Of a stretch of 64,000 bases of DNA, positions 23,109-37,653 are shown one piece after another. This stretch comes from Lytechinus pictus (Eukaryota): positions 25,298,001 to 25,362,000 of the forward strand of contig NC_087245.1 in the NCBI RefSeq assembly GCF_037042905.1. Direction: 5' to 3'. Position 1 is the first letter of the stretch, and the number at the start of each line of letters is the position of its first letter. Position numbers and translations under genes: made by a program. The notes below the pieces were generated by a model, which was not told the origin of the DNA, did not search any database, and was given only the letters and a program-made list of their open reading frames with translations.

Positions 23109-26100
23109 TTTTACAACTCTTTGCTAGTCAATATTGCTGTCTGTCTAAAATGGTCTTATTGTGACTGGGCGATATTTGTTTGTCCGGAAGGCTTTACCTC
23201 CATTTTATATGATTACTTGTATAAACCTGCTGGTAGAAATCTATGGGAATGGTTAGTCCTCTTTACAAAAGGTTTAGTGAGGCATCCTTTGGGGGAGTCA
23301 ATAGGAAACATTCCAGTAGTTCCATACCTTTTGAAAATTTATGATAAAGTGGGGAATAGATTTGCTATGGATCTGTATGATTTCTGTTTTTTGAAGTTGC
23401 GAGGTTATCATAGGTGAAATTTTCAGATTAGTTTGAAACCTTCTTGTTGTTTTCGTTACTTAATTAACCCCTCCCCCATGATTCAATAAAAATTAAGGGA
23501 TTTTTATTTCAGTGGAAGATCATGATGATTTGTAAAGGGGGGGGGTCAGGTATTTGGATAACAGTATGCCAAATATTTCATATTTCAGTTGTCTATTGGC
23601 TCCAAGACCGAATTTAAAAAAGAAGGGGGTGGGGATAAAAAAGAATTTTCCATATTATCCGTCTTCATTCACTATCAAAGAGTATCAGGAGGTTAAAATA
23701 ATCATGCACAATTTGTAAGGTTTGAATGTGTTATTTACCCTTTTTCTACATGATCTTACAAACCCCTATTTAAGATTACTTTCTAAAATCTGAAATGATT
23801 GATTTTGAATATAGATGATTTAAGTCTCAATCCAGAGTTTAAATAACTTTGAGTGTAACATGTGATCATTATTTTACCTCTTCGAAATTGATTTTTATTC
23901 CCATGTCAAATAGATTTCTTTAGTCGGTCTTCAGTCAAAAGTTGTATGTTTCAGCTATACCTGGGTTTCATGATGCCCAATGATATTGGCAAGGGTTTGC
24001 TAGAAAATTATGTAGACCTGCACATTTTAATAGGGAATACTAATTTTGTCTGTACAGAAGTCTAATGAAACAGTAGTAAAAAAATAAACCTCGGGTAATA
24101 TCATATCCTGGGTGATAATACATTGCACTAAACATATATCAAAACTATCGTAGTAGAATCCTGGAAAAGACATATCACAACCTATACCCACTTTCATGAC
24201 AGGATTTCTTGTATTTAAGGCCAAGTTTTGTCTATGCTGTCACATGATACATTTCATTCATGATCATGAGAAACGCAATACCGGTTGAGTGTCGACGGAT
24301 GTTCTAACTTCTAAAACATACCAGGATGTAGCTTGTGTGTATGAACTTGAAATGAAGTTCATGGGCAGTTGATATGTATACCAGCAATTTTGCTCAGACA
24401 TTTTATTTATATGTTCTGTAGTATGATTAGTTATATTTATTCGTTTCGTGATGGGGAAATGACTAGTGGTGAGGTCTATTTTACTGATACTATATAGCTG
24501 CTTTCAATTATCACCTTTCGAGCAATAAAATATGGATTTCAATGCGTTAACTTTAAACTATAGTTGCATGAAATAAAAAATTACTGTCTTTCGAAAGGTC
24601 AGAGTATCAAAAATGCAAATTCTGTTAGAGCAACGAAATGGCAGTTCTCTGAACTATCCTTTTTCACCCTCTCTCCCTCCCTCTCTTGTTTATTTTCTCT
24701 TCTCTCTGTCTTTTCGGTAGTCATCTGTTCAGTTTTTATTTTGAACTTATACAACAGGGCCTACAGTAGATGAATTTATTGAGAAAAAACACCAGAAATC
24801 TGAATAAGGGCAGTTGAGGCAAGAGTAAGGTCATTTCAGGAACTTTTGATTCAGTTTAAATGTAAAGTAATTGGTCCCAACTAAGAGGATCCAAAATTAT
24901 GTGAGATCTTTCTGATCTTTGGAATAGAATACTCATGATTGAAACTAATTACCACACAGGATATGTAATATCCTTCCTTACACAGCTATCATAGAAAATT
25001 GGAAAAGATATATTTGTGCCAACAATATTCAAATTATTGACGTGTGTTTCCTGATGATAGTCTGTAGAGAACTTATGAATAATTTTCTGATTAAATTTGC
25101 ATTTTATAAGTTTTACAATCAAGCAGAGTTTTTAAAACATGAATGAAATATAAAAATGTATCTAATTATATTTTTGTTATATTTTTCAAAATCAGTTCGA
25201 TTACATTCTTTACCATTAAATATTTTTTATACAATTATTTTAGATTTGACATCATTTTGGAAACAAGAAAAGTTCCTGATTGTGTTTTATTCAGCATAAT
25301 GCTCTCATTAACGTTTCAGCATAAATACATGTATGATCTTGATAACATTTTCTGAAGATTGTTACATGAATCAAAACAACTCTTGCAAAGTGATATGATT
25401 TATGTGATCAACCTCCACTATATGGAAGTCCATCCACATCATTTTTTTTTTTTGCAGGAAATTTGCACAATGTCCTTTGTAAACAAAGAGAAGCACACTG
25501 AATTGTCAAAACATTGATGGCTGTATGAGTTTCCATCTTATCTAGAAAACATCTTAAACATGCATTTTGTACGCTGACTTTGCTGGCTTTCCAAGTTTCC
25601 ATACTTGCGAATGATCAAATCAATCGTAACTCTATCTTTACTGTATGCTCACTACTCTTTTCAGTGTTAATCACCTGTTGAAAGTTCTGTTGGGACTAAT
25701 GTTCAGATTGGGAAGGTTGAATCATAGAGAGAAAACATACATGTTCCTTGTCATTGATGGTTGCATTTGATTGTAAATCAAGGGCTGTGACCATGGCCAC
25801 ATTATCTGGACTTTGAAAGCAGATGCTTTTTTTTTTGGGGGGGGGGGGTGTCAGAAACTTTAAGGATAAAGCCAGGTTTAATGGTATGAATTTATATTAC
25901 AAAATGAATTACAACATAATCAAGCAAATACCCCTGCCATTACCACAAAGTGTTTGTAAATGATTTATTTGTATCTACAGATGAGTAGATATTTACCCTT
26001 TAAATTAACAAGGTAATCAAGATGTTCAGTCAATGGATATACATGTACATTCTTTTATTTTTCTTCCAGACCATAGTCTTACATCCACATGTTGTTTTTC

Positions 26101-26231
26101 AGTGTATTCTCTATTCAGCTAGTTTTGCTTTGTAATGTTTTGTATGTTAAGACTATTTCAAAACCAAATAATGTTTTGATAATCCTAACAACTTCCTCTC
26201 AAAATATGAATTGTTCACTACCACTACTTAA

Positions 26232-26815
26232 AGGAGAATGAAACCCTTGAAACCAGCTGAATCCATATTAAAGAGAAAAATCAAAGAAACATATTGTTGA
26301 AAGTTTGAGGAAGATTGAATGAATGATAAGAAAGTTATGAGCATTTGAATATTGAGATCACTAATGCCATGTAGTTCCTCCCATTGGCAATGCGACCAAG
26401 ATCTGTGATGTCACACACGTACAACTCCCTCATTACTTTAGAACTTATTTCACTTATATTCTCACTTTTATAGAGTCTATCACAAGATGAGGTGTTCTAT
26501 TTATGAGAGGACAAGTACAGAGGTTTCACAACTTTATATCATTGATGAATCGTTTGTCATATGATTAGAATGAGCAAAAAGAGATGTTTTGGGGTATATT
26601 TTCAGTGTCCAAAAGGGGAGAGTTGTTCATCTGTGACATCATAGATCTTGGTCGCATTGCCAATGGGAGGATCTCCATAGCATTAGTGATCTCGACATTC
26701 AAATGCTCATAACTCTTCTATTGCTAGTCCTATTTTACTCAAACTTTTGTTGATCTTATTCTTTGATTTTTCTGCTTTCACAAAAGCTAACTTGCTCCAA
26801 GTGTTTCATTCTCCT
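26232..26815. mobile_element. Non-autonomous DNA transposon, Kolobok-like family 2 (TTAA TSD)
   Basis: TTAA|AGGAGAATGAAAC ... GTTTCATTCTCCT|TTAA; about 80-bp subterminal inverted repeat (GTTATGAGCATTTGAAT...GCGACCAAGATCTGTGATGTCACA). Confidence 0.87.
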
Positions 26816-27554
26816 TTAAGTCAATGATGCCAATTTATCACTAATATTTCTTTCCCCTTCAATTGAATGAAAATTAACAAAAGGAGTCATTAAAAAGAAA
26901 CAAAATTACATAATGTCCCATGAAATTGAATTGGTGTCATTTCAAATGTATGATGATCATAGACCTACCTATCGATACTAAAAGTGCAATTTGTAGTTTT
27001 CAGTTGAAATGAATCATTTGTATGGTACACTTTACGTGGGTAATTTCTCAATGCCAGTTTTAATGAAAAACCAACTAACTGATTTTGAAGCCATGTTTAA
27101 CATCACATAAATGACCTCCCTGTATTCATTCACATTCTAGGTTTGCCTTCATTGCTATTGACATAAGGTTCTAGCAAATACTCAGATAAAGAAAGGCAAA
27201 TTTGTTGTTTGTAATGTTTCTGTCATGCCAGTTGTATGATCATGTGATGATATTACAGGCTTCTGTATGTGTGACCAAATCTGAAGGTTATGCTAGATTG
27301 ATTGTTCATTAATCAATTATTTCAGTCTGCATTCTGCTACATGGTATGAAAGTTTCACCTTCCTTTGTAAGACAATCTAGGGTCTTTCATACCGACACAA
27401 TTGTGAAAGAGTACGTGGTAGTGTGAAAGTGAGTACATTTAGGGCCAATATTAATAAATCGCCTTTCAAAATTACTTGAAATTTTGCAGTGAGTTTTCAA
27501 AGCTCTTGGGAATGTTAAGCAGTTAGACTACTATAGTTACAGGTATTTGCAGGA

Positions 27555-27799
27555 CAGTGGCGTACACAGGGGGGGGGGGGGGTTATAAGGGTTAACCCCC
27601 TTTAACTTTTTTGAAACCCACTTTGTATGCAGGGAGGTGGTCACCAGGGGTTCCAATCCCTCCCCCTAATAATTTCTTTGGTAAAAAAATAAATTTTGGG
27701 TAAAGACCTTTTCCTTTATCTTTTTTTGGCTTGTAAGTTGTAAACTTTTCATTCAGCTTGAAACCCAACTCCCTTTCAAAAATCCTGCGTAATCTACTG
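27555..27799. mobile_element. Degenerate CAGTGGCG...CTACTG hAT-like MITE
   Basis: CAGTGGCGTACACAGG(G)n ... AATCCTGCGTAATCTACTG; TSD only partial. Related ends at about 17603 and 63932. Confidence 0.55.
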
Positions 27800-30655
27800 G
27801 TATAGGAACTTATGATGTGCAACAAGAAAACTGTGTACCCTGTACTCCAAGAATACTTCAATCTAGTTTAATACATATAGGGTTGCCACTACATGCAGGA
27901 GAATATTATCTGGCTCTGGGCAGGTGTAAATATACCAAATACTAAATAAGTTATCATAATGTAGTCCTGAGTGTGTAGATGTGAATAGGCCCTGTTTAGT
28001 TCACCCAGAGGATTATGGGTATAAAAAATATGGAGAAAAAAATGAGGAAAAAATCTTTTATCAACCTCTTCAAGGTCATCACTGTTGACATAGGTCACTC
28101 CCAGGGTTCCAAGGGTGAGATGGGTGACACACTTTGTCTTTCAACCTGTTCTTGCCTTTAAACACCTTGTTTGCTTCAATTTCAAAGAAATAAAGCAGAA
28201 AATTGAAGGAGTCAGGGTCAGTGTATGTGTGTACTTGAAGTTCTGAAGTGCATGTAATGGCCATTATGTAAACATCTGAAAAATTCCCAAATTCTCTGTT
28301 TGCTGAGAAAATAGTGTGCAAATTTGTTTTAATAACAGAGAGCCGCTTTAGCATAATTACCTTTACCTACATGTATTCCCAGTATTCATGCAAGGGGCCA
28401 TCTTATTCCTTTCTATTGTTATGTTTGGTTAATAGTTACTCATAATCCTATCATCTATTCAATTATTATAACTTTTAAGTATGATTTATTTTCAAGCAAA
28501 TACCTTTTTCTGAAGATTAGTTAAGCAAATGATGGTAACGCCAGACTGTCTGGCTGGCGGAAACATAATCAATTTGGGGATGATGACAAAATAGTATTGT
28601 TCCATTTTGACAGCTGACATGAACTTTGGGCTAACTGGGAGGGTTTAATGGAGTATTTAAATAATCTTGATTTTATTTCATTTCATTTTATTTCTTAATA
28701 TAATAATTATTAATGTGCATGGACCAGGAGGGGTTTTAGCATGTTTTCAAGATAGACTGTAATTGCAAAACACAGGCTTCAGGTACAATCACTATATCTT
28801 TTTTTTCCATTTGGATTGTTGATTTTGATGAAATTCAACCATTTGTGGACTTCCTCTGTAGTGTAAGTTGGCCTATATCTATTTTAGCACTTTTCATAGG
28901 CCGATTATTGGCCAACATTTTTTAATCAAATTTTGGAATGGTGTAACAATAATTCAAATATCATAACCTTTGCATCATACATGTATGATGAGAACATATT
29001 CATACTTGTAACCAATGTACTTCTAATTTAATTCTTAAATTGTGTTGAATTGAATTGAATTGAATGGACCAGGCCTTTGTGTGGACATCATACATGAAGT
29101 CCCATGAATTGACTATGCTCTATATATTTCAAGGATTTTGAGAGATCGTTCAGACATTTTACGATGTCTGGACATCCAGAAACTCCTTGGTATCATGGCA
29201 ATGAGTCTGGTAACTACAGGGCATTATCAGAAAACAAATATTAGAACAGACCAAATTATACCACTGTCGTATCTTTACTTTAGACTTAGAAAAAAATGTT
29301 TGAGATAAAATGAAAGAATGTAAACAGATGTCGTTCAATATGGTCCATGCCTAGTGTCAGGTTAGTCGGTATTCACATTTGTCATTTTATCATCCCTACT
29401 TTTCTGAGAATCTTTTTTGTAGGAAGATATCTTGGTTGGAACCTTTTTATTGTGCCTTATATCAGTCTAGACTAATACTTTTTTGCTTAAGATTTTTTTT
29501 ACTGCTGATTCATACACCAAACTAAGGAACCTAAGCTTCCTGACCAAACTAGTTAGAAATATGACATTATGCCATGTATCACCCCCTTCAAAACGTAGTT
29601 GTATAGGCCTTGGCTTAGAAACATTTATCTTTTATTTAAAATTGCATGTCCTAAAGGTAAAGACAAGTGTCACATACTAGCCTATGTACCATATTCAACT
29701 TTTTTCTACACCCAGAGCTATAGTTTGAAATACAAAAACTGATCAATAATGCCATTTTATGTCAATAACAGATGATGCTCAAAACTATATAATTTTATCA
29801 TTTACAGATGAACAGGCAAATTGAATAAACTGTCAACGTTAACTCAGATTTAACACCTACTTTGTTATTCAGCTGCTTCTGGTCTACATGTATTTCATAG
29901 TGGTTGTTTAGAAATGTTTATATTTTTTCCTGGTTTTGGAAGATCAATAAAATATACTAGGATTTGGTAACACAAGTCATATGGGTTATCATTTGAATCA
30001 GATGATCATAATGATTTTTCATTTACGGTACTTTTAGGTGTATGGTTGAGTTTGTTCTCTGCTTTCAGGGCGCGACAAACCCGCTTGCCCGGGGCAAGTG
30101 AAAACTTTTGTATATTCCTGCAATTGTGGCTGCCTTGTGTTTCATTGCATCTTGAGAAGAAAAATATCAGTTTCTTGTATGGACATTATTCATATCCAAT
30201 GTTGGAAGGTTCTTGAGTTTATATACACAAATTTGGGATTACTAAATCATGTTTAAGATAAGCTGGGGTTAGGCAGAAAATTTGAGAACAAAAAATAGTA
30301 TAGGGTGAGCGATAGTATGGGGTTAAAGAAAATCCAATTTAAAAAAACTTTTTTTATGAGAAAAATAATACAAATGTAGTTTAATCCCGCTACTGTACAA
30401 TGGGAAATTAAGAACTGTGTTTAGATTTATAATTGAGATTAAATTGGCTTCCTAAGCTAAAGACATAAGTTCATTGACTTCAGGAACAGGACGATCCATG
30501 CAAAGCCTATGTGAATACAGAATTCACGATTGAGTGGGTTTATCTGCTGCCTTCTGCAACTGAAAGTTCCTTGTGCAAGCTACGTAGATGAGAATCACAA
30601 AATTCAGTCTTAGTCATTGCGTTGCATGGTTAACAGCTCAATTTTGTAAGACTTT

Positions 30656-30806
30656 GGGCCCGTTTCATAAAGGACTTGCAACTGTTGTAACTTTGCCGTT
30701 ATGGCAACTACCATGGTAACAGGGCTCAGCAGCGAATCAAGGTTACCATGGGAGTTGCCATAATGGCAGAGATACAACAGTTGCAAGTCCTTTATGAAAC
30801 GGGCCC
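30656..30806. mobile_element. Near-palindromic 150-bp MITE (GGGCCCGTTTCATAAAG termini)
   Basis: GGGCCCGTTTCATAAAGGACTTGCAACTGTTGTA ... TACAACAGTTGCAAGTCCTTTATGAAACGGGCCC. Confidence 0.85.
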
Positions 30807-30927
30807 TTGATATTAAGATGACATGATATTGAAAATAGGCCAGAAACCATGGAAGGTCCATGATGATACTGACAAGAAGGCGAGACACTCTTTCACCCTC
30901 CTTTCACCCTTGATCTTTCTGTATCCT

Positions 30928-31049
30928 GGGGAGCGTTTCATGAAAGGACTTGCCTGACCTTTTATCCGACAATTTTCATAGTAACAGTGCTTCTCAGCCA
31001 ATCAAAAGATCTGACAACTTGTCGGATAAAATGCTGATGAAACGCTCCC
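30928..31049. mobile_element. Short related MITE (GGGAGCGTTTCAT termini)
   Basis: GGGAGCGTTTCAT...TTTTATCCGACAA ... TTGTCGGATAAAA...ATGAAACGCTCCC. Confidence 0.75.
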
Positions 31050-31339
31050 TTCAATCAGTTTGGTCCTTAGTAGGTACAGGTATGTGTGCCACATGTAAGC
31101 CTATCTGCAGTTCATTGTCCGACGGTCTGGCCAGCCTGTACCTATGCTCAACTCCCTGTTCAGATCCGCTCTTACCTACTGTTTGAACATCAAACAGTAA
31201 TCTTCCTGTGTCTAGGGCTTGGCACACAGTAGGTGGATTCGCACTGACTCCATCACCAAAATATACCTGTAATTTGTGGAGAACTTGTTCAGTCCTAAAA
31301 AATACTGGATGATAAGACCCTTGAGGTGTATTTTAAATT

Positions 31340-31790
31340 CACAAGTTATCAGAATGTTCAGTTGGTCTGAATCGTGGATGGTGGCGCACGATTCAAAATC
31401 ACTAGTTCAGCAAACTAGCAACCCAAGCACTCAGCATACTTGCTGGGATGAGAAAGTTCTCGTAATTTGCTTTCCCAATGTGAGAATACCCTTGAGCTTG
31501 GAAACATCCCTGCAAAAGCTCCTGTAATTTTTAGGAGTACCTAATATCTAGCAGGTATTTTAGTTCAGGAATATTACAGGAAATTTGCAATCACACAAAA
31601 TATCTGGTAGGGATCATAGGAACAACTGGTTCTAGGAGGCAACAGCTTATTTAAGACCCAGTAGTAACAGGGTTCTTATTAATTTCTTATGGGGTCTAGG
31701 GCTATGTAGCCCCCACTGAGGTTCAAGGGCAGCCCTATTTTCTCATCGGCAAATATCCTGATCAGAGAATACCTGGTATTCTCTGTTTTT
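31340..31790. mobile_element. Decayed copy of the 37174-37653 family
   Basis: Shares ATTCAAAATCACTAG, AAAGTTC.CGTAATTTGCTTTC and GATCAGAGAATACCTGG in the same order. A further fragment lies at about 45890-45960. Confidence 0.65.
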
Positions 31791-33099
31791 GGGTAGGTAT
31801 GGAAGCACCTACTGCTCTCCTTCATCCCAAGTGAGCCTGAATAGCACAGTCTTCAATCACCACGGCGACCGAGTTGTTGGATTAAACTTCCATTTGATAT
31901 GGAATCAAATATTGCTCCTTTTTCGGCAGGACAAACTGTTTGCAGATCAATTGACACATAGTTGGGAGGTTAATTCCCTTGATATAGCTTTGTTATGTTG
32001 TAACAGTTTTGGAGGCACCCCTCTCCCTCTTGCACACGGCCATCTTCATGTAATCATTGGAAGTGTTATTGCTAATAAGTTCCTGTATATTTGTGTTGCG
32101 GTATTGCTTTGAGATATATTTATGTGTGCAAAGTCTGATAGATTGGCAAATTGCTGATTGGTCCAACGTCATTTGGTCCAATATTGTCTAATAATTATAG
32201 CTTGGATATTACAAAAAAAACTACATTTAGTATTATAGAACAAGTTATGTTGGACCATTTGGTCAATTAACCTTTGATTGTTGACATTTGATAATTTTCA
32301 TCAAAATAAAGAAGATAGCCTAACAAACATAGAGTTTGAATTATGATTCCTATACATATTTTAGTTCAAGTTTATGAATGGAACAATAATGCACCAGACC
32401 ACGTTTCTATGTAAATTCCAACTGTCTTCTACTCTGTGCCTGTTGTAATAGGAATTGTTAGTTTGTAGGCCTATATACCATACATGTACATGCCAGTAAC
32501 TAATGTTTTTTATCACATACCATCTCATAAGTTAAATATATTTATTTTGGTGCACTCAGTCAAATCTGTTTATCTGCTATTATAATATTAAATTTGTTCT
32601 GTTCAATTCTATCTCTAATCCTTTGTGACTTGAAAGTAGGGTAATCTGGAGACGTGCATGTCCAATGAGATCATTATGACTCTGATTTCTATTTCTGGCT
32701 GGCCCAAGAAGGCAACTTACCAACATAAAGGTGATTTAAAAGGATTTTAGTGGTTGCTAAACATGTCAAGTATTTGCAAGATTGTATCATGGATGACCTC
32801 ATCCAAATCTAATTACAAGATTTAAGACTTGACAGTATTAGTCTATATTCAGAGACAGTTGTCTGCGCACACTGGTGTATCCCCATGGGCCACTGTAATT
32901 TTGAATATTGGTGAATGCCTAGTCTGCTATGCAGACTCTGAATGGCTCGTGAGGTAGGCGCTGCTTACCAGCCTGAAAGGACGAGCCATTTCAGCCACAG
33001 TAGACCCAGTCTGCTATGCAGACTGCTTGAATCAGCTGTGGTACACACACTGCAGATGTGGGTCTACATTTGTAGACTAGTGAATGCCTGTATGGTCTG

Positions 33100-33243
33100 C
33101 GGCCCGTTGCAGAAAGAGTTGCGTTTAAACGCAAGCCAAAAAATCAATCGCAAGACCCAAATGCGCACTGTTCATTGGTTGAAAAGAAGTTGCGCATGAT
33201 TTTTAGAGTTGCGATTGATTTCAACTCTTTCTGCAGCGGGCCC
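33100..33243. mobile_element. Short MITE with probable CTG TSD
   Basis: CTG|CGGCCCGTTGCAGAAAGAGTTG ... CAACTCTTTCTGCAGCGGGCCC|CTG. Confidence 0.78.
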
Positions 33244-34324
33244 CTGGACTATCAGATGTGTGCAGAGAACAAGACTAGATGGGTAGAACTTGAGAATCTT
33301 GTGTTTGGGTGAACTCCTGCTGGGCACAAGGTGAAGGTCACATGACTAATGCTGCCATGGAAGCCCCCTAAATTTGGTTGTTTTTATACTTACCAACCAT
33401 CTTCTTTTTTGGTCAGGAAACCCCCTGGTTATTCATGATGTCAGTTCAAAGAGACTTTAAAAAGTGGTTTTTATGTAAAATGGAAAACTCCAGTTAGGCA
33501 AAACAAACTAATTTCATTAGGCCTTAATTCTGAAATGGTCTGTACTGTTTTATCAAGTGCAGATGGGAAATAGTCTGGATTATTGTCATGGTAACAGTGG
33601 GTGATAAAACACATAAAACTTGAGGTTTTATAAAATGATTTGCACAAAATGAAGGTACTGAATGCTTTAAATTGACCAGATAGTCTATAGGCTTACTACA
33701 CTAAAATCCTGTTCATGAAATCCAAAGTTTTTAATCAAGTGTGCTTAACTAGTGCAAACCAAGTCATCCTAATACCCGCACCCCAAAAGTCCAAGCTATT
33801 CTGGTCCTCATGCTCTCAGGAATGGTCTGCACCCAGTCAGCACCAACAAATTCATGAAAGGGGTAGGCCTATTAGCCACCATTTTTCCCCAATAACAAGT
33901 GCCCTGCATCATTTGAAAAATCCTGTATTTTTATTGGCCCCTCTGCTCTTTTCAAACCATAAAGGCATATTCCATCTCCCTTGAAACCATTTACTCACAG
34001 AATATTTTCATGTTTATGATCAGCTCCATGTAGGTAGGGAAAAATGAAATCAAGATTTGGAGAGAAATGGTATTTGTTTGCAATTTTTGACAGATAGTGC
34101 TTTGACTCCCCGACCTCCTGGGTGTTCCTGAAGTTGATAACATAAATCAGAATATCCTGCTGATAACTGATACATTTTATTTCTCTTAACCATCAAATTG
34201 TATCAACAAAATTTGGAGGAAAAGTTTATAGTTAACATTCCAACTTTAAAAGTATTTTATTCTGAAGAAAGTATCCCATATTCCCATGTTTTGAAGAGCT
34301 CAGTCTCAGGAACCTTTTCCTATA

Positions 34325-34358
<34 letters not shown>

Positions 34359-37173
34359 GGGGGGGGGGTAACTTTATTGGTGTCTTCCCAATTGCAGATA
34401 GATCTTTAATAAAACTATGAAGCAACTGCAAATACAAATATCAAGTACAACTGATTTTCATATGCCTTTGCATATTCAGGTCTTGTCTTTTATTTACCTT
34501 GATTATTCCTATGACTTGGTAATTTTTGTTAGTAGAACAGGAACTGAAATATGAGATTGAAGAAATTATTTCCTTGCTACTGAATTGCATTACAAAGAGG
34601 AGTAGGTTATTCAGCAAAAGGATAAGTATATAAACTGTTGGAAAACCATTGACATGCTTTGTTTGGAGATAGGAGAATTATTCAACTTGTCCAACAGTTT
34701 AGTCTATGGATGAATAAAGTTTGCTGGTAGAAGGGTGAGGTGTGTACCTTCACCACGTTCTTTGAATTTTGTTGGTTTACTGGGGATTTTTTTAGTGATG
34801 GTCTCGGTATTTTATTGAGAGATTAGATGCAGTTACTGGTGGGTGTAACTGGTAAGTCTAAAAGAAAAGAAAAGGGATCTAGGGGAATTATCCCCCAAAG
34901 TATGTTTGCTAAAAAGGTCTGCTTTCTCTCTTTTTTTTTGGTGTGGTTTAATTGTGTATTAACTATAAAGGAGGCAAATGTAGATTTATTCTCTTCAACA
35001 AATGAGGTATAAAAGAGGCTCTACATGTATAAATGGCTGTAATTTTGTTCAATCTTTTTAAATGTAAGCTGTCACTTATCATTACATGTATCACATATTT
35101 AGGCCTATCATAGTGAAGTTTTTTAAAAATCTGTAAAAACATCCCTTCAATAAAAAATAGAAAATCATTCTTGTCTTCTAGCCCTTTCACCATTTGCCCC
35201 CCCCCCCTCTCTTCTGTTCTCACTTTTTGTTGTTTATATTTTGTGAGAGGTTTATCATATATTTTTAGTAGGCCTATATCTTGCTCATAGGTTTCTTGTT
35301 TTGAAACCCTATTAACTTCAGGAAGCAAGATCAGATTTCTGTTTTAGTGTCAGTCATGAGAGATGACCTTATACTGATACCCTTTTCGCTTGTAATCAAA
35401 GAAGAAGCTACTGGTATCTTTATTCATCCTATCATGGTTCAGAACCTTTTCAAACCTACCTTAGTCAGCAATTTGACATCAATCTAAGAATAAAAATATT
35501 ATATGTTATGATTGTTTTTGCAGAGGGAATTGCTGTATTTAAATCTTCTTGACCACCAAATGTCAAAAATCCCTCTAGATGAATAAATCATGACTCTTTG
35601 TATAGCATCTTATTTAGAAAGCTATGGAAAGAGATCATATCCTGAAATTTTTAGCCCATTACTTGCCTGAGAAGGTGTTTTAAAACAGGACAAGAATAAT
35701 GCAGATGTGTTGTCTTGTTTGGGCGCCCAATCAAAATTAATTGAAAAATCTGTAAATTTATCCAATAACCCACATTTTTATTTTGTATCTTTTTCATAAC
35801 CAATATAGATCACACAGATTTATGTATTATGATTGGAATACTGGAATAGTGACTCTGACTTTGGGGGGAGATTTACAAGTACCAGGGTTTAAGAATTCAT
35901 GTAAATTTTCTATAAAATATTATGCTTTCAAGGACAGGTCATGTTGACAGCATACTTGTTTGTTGTGTTTTCACTGCAAGGACAAGGACATCATGCCCTG
36001 CATATAGTTCACAGAAGGGGGGGGTGGGTTGTTCTTTAACAGCGATCACGGTTCTTTCCCCCAGTGAGAATGGGGTCAGATATTCTCCATAGTAATTGCT
36101 TGTAATGGTGGGGTGTGTCCAGGCAAGCTGTGATTTGGCCCAGGCACCCCTAGGTGGAGGTAGAGATGATGATGGTGACAGCAGTGCAGCTGTGTGGCAA
36201 TTCACACTCCTATGCACACTAAGCAGTAATAGGCCTAGATGCATTCTGCTGTAGCATATATTGTACATGTATTATATTATAATTCCATGAAAATCAGTAC
36301 TAGTATACAGAGTACGAAATGCAGCAGTGTTGCTATTGCACATAAAAAGAAAAAAAAATATCTTCTTGTCATGATTTCCAAAAGTGGTAGACCTAATTAC
36401 CAACTTGACATTTAAAAATGAAAAGATTAAGTAAAAGATATATTTTTGAAAATTATTTTGCTTTGATTATCTTCACTATAAATTTTGCAAACCATGAACG
36501 ATGATCCTTATTGAATTCTTCAGTTTTAGAAATGGCACTTTCTTTGAAATCCTTTTCGTTTGTGCATGCCGCCAAAGACACTGTCTATTTGTCTTCTAAT
36601 GTGCACTTTTAGAGCTGGCTATGTTGCAGGGACACTTCCTTAGCAACCAAGAGATGCAGTTAGTCTTCCAAAAATCAGATACTGTTCCTGGTAAATATCA
36701 CTTACTAGATGTGGAAAGGTGCCATCAGGGATTTTGAGGGTGTCATCATCTTTGCTTCATTGTGGTGTAAAATTCCAATGCAGCTGTCAATTTGTGTTGC
36801 ATGGAAAGGTCATCTTGATCACAAGCTGGTCCATTGAAAGTTATTCCGCTTGCTTGATCTGAAATGAGGGTAAACTCATATTTGCCCCCATCCCCCCTCC
36901 ACCCCAATCTCTACGGTATTACTCTTTGTACCCCCTACCCCATCCCTCCCTGAAATAAACTACTCTCAAAGGTTTTCATGAGCCTTTTACTCTATAAGGG
37001 TTAATCTGTTAAATGATTCAACTGCAACTGATACCTCAGAAATCCACATATTCCAATTATTGCAAGATAATATAGAAAGGATGAAACTAACAATAAGTTG
37101 GTGCAGGGAGTTTTTGAATGGGTGCCACTATATATTCCAATGTGTTTATGCAAGGAAGAAAATGATTTCCAAT

Positions 37174-37653
37174 AGGTGGTTTCAAACCGCCTCGATCACA
37201 AGAATCCCCGTTAAATTACGAGAACATTTTTAGGCTAAAAAATACCCATTAATTATTCCTGCATTCAGACCGCCTCGAAACATACCCTTTCGGGATAAAT
37301 TCCTGAAGTTAGGAGCATGCGCAGTATGGTCTAATAAGCAGGCAAGGCGCGAAATTCAAAATCACTAGCCCAGCAGCAACCCATGCACGGCGCCGCACCC
37401 AACGACACGCTTGGCTAAAAGTTCCCGTAATTTGCTTTCAGACCGCCAAAATACCCACGACCTTGGAAAAATCCCCGCGAAAGTTCTCGTAATTTCGCCA
37501 AGTACCTACTATTTATCGGGTATTTTCTTTCGGGGATATTACGCGTAGTTTGCTTTCAGACCACCAAAATACCTGGTATTTTCTGATCGGGGTAAATTTC
37601 CCGATCAGAGAATACCTGGAACTGGCGAACTTCGAGGCGGTCTGAAACCACCT
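37174..37653. mobile_element. PIF/Harbinger-like MITE (3-bp AAT TSD)
   Basis: AAT|AGGTGGTTTCAAACCGCCTCGA ... TCGAGGCGGTCTGAAACCACCT|AAT; internal repeats of TTCAGACC(G/A)CC. Confidence 0.87.

Noticed and set aside
24758..24824. Possible exon after a CT tract (ACAG|GGCC...AAGA|GTAAGG)
   Set aside because: Stop codons occur in all three frames.
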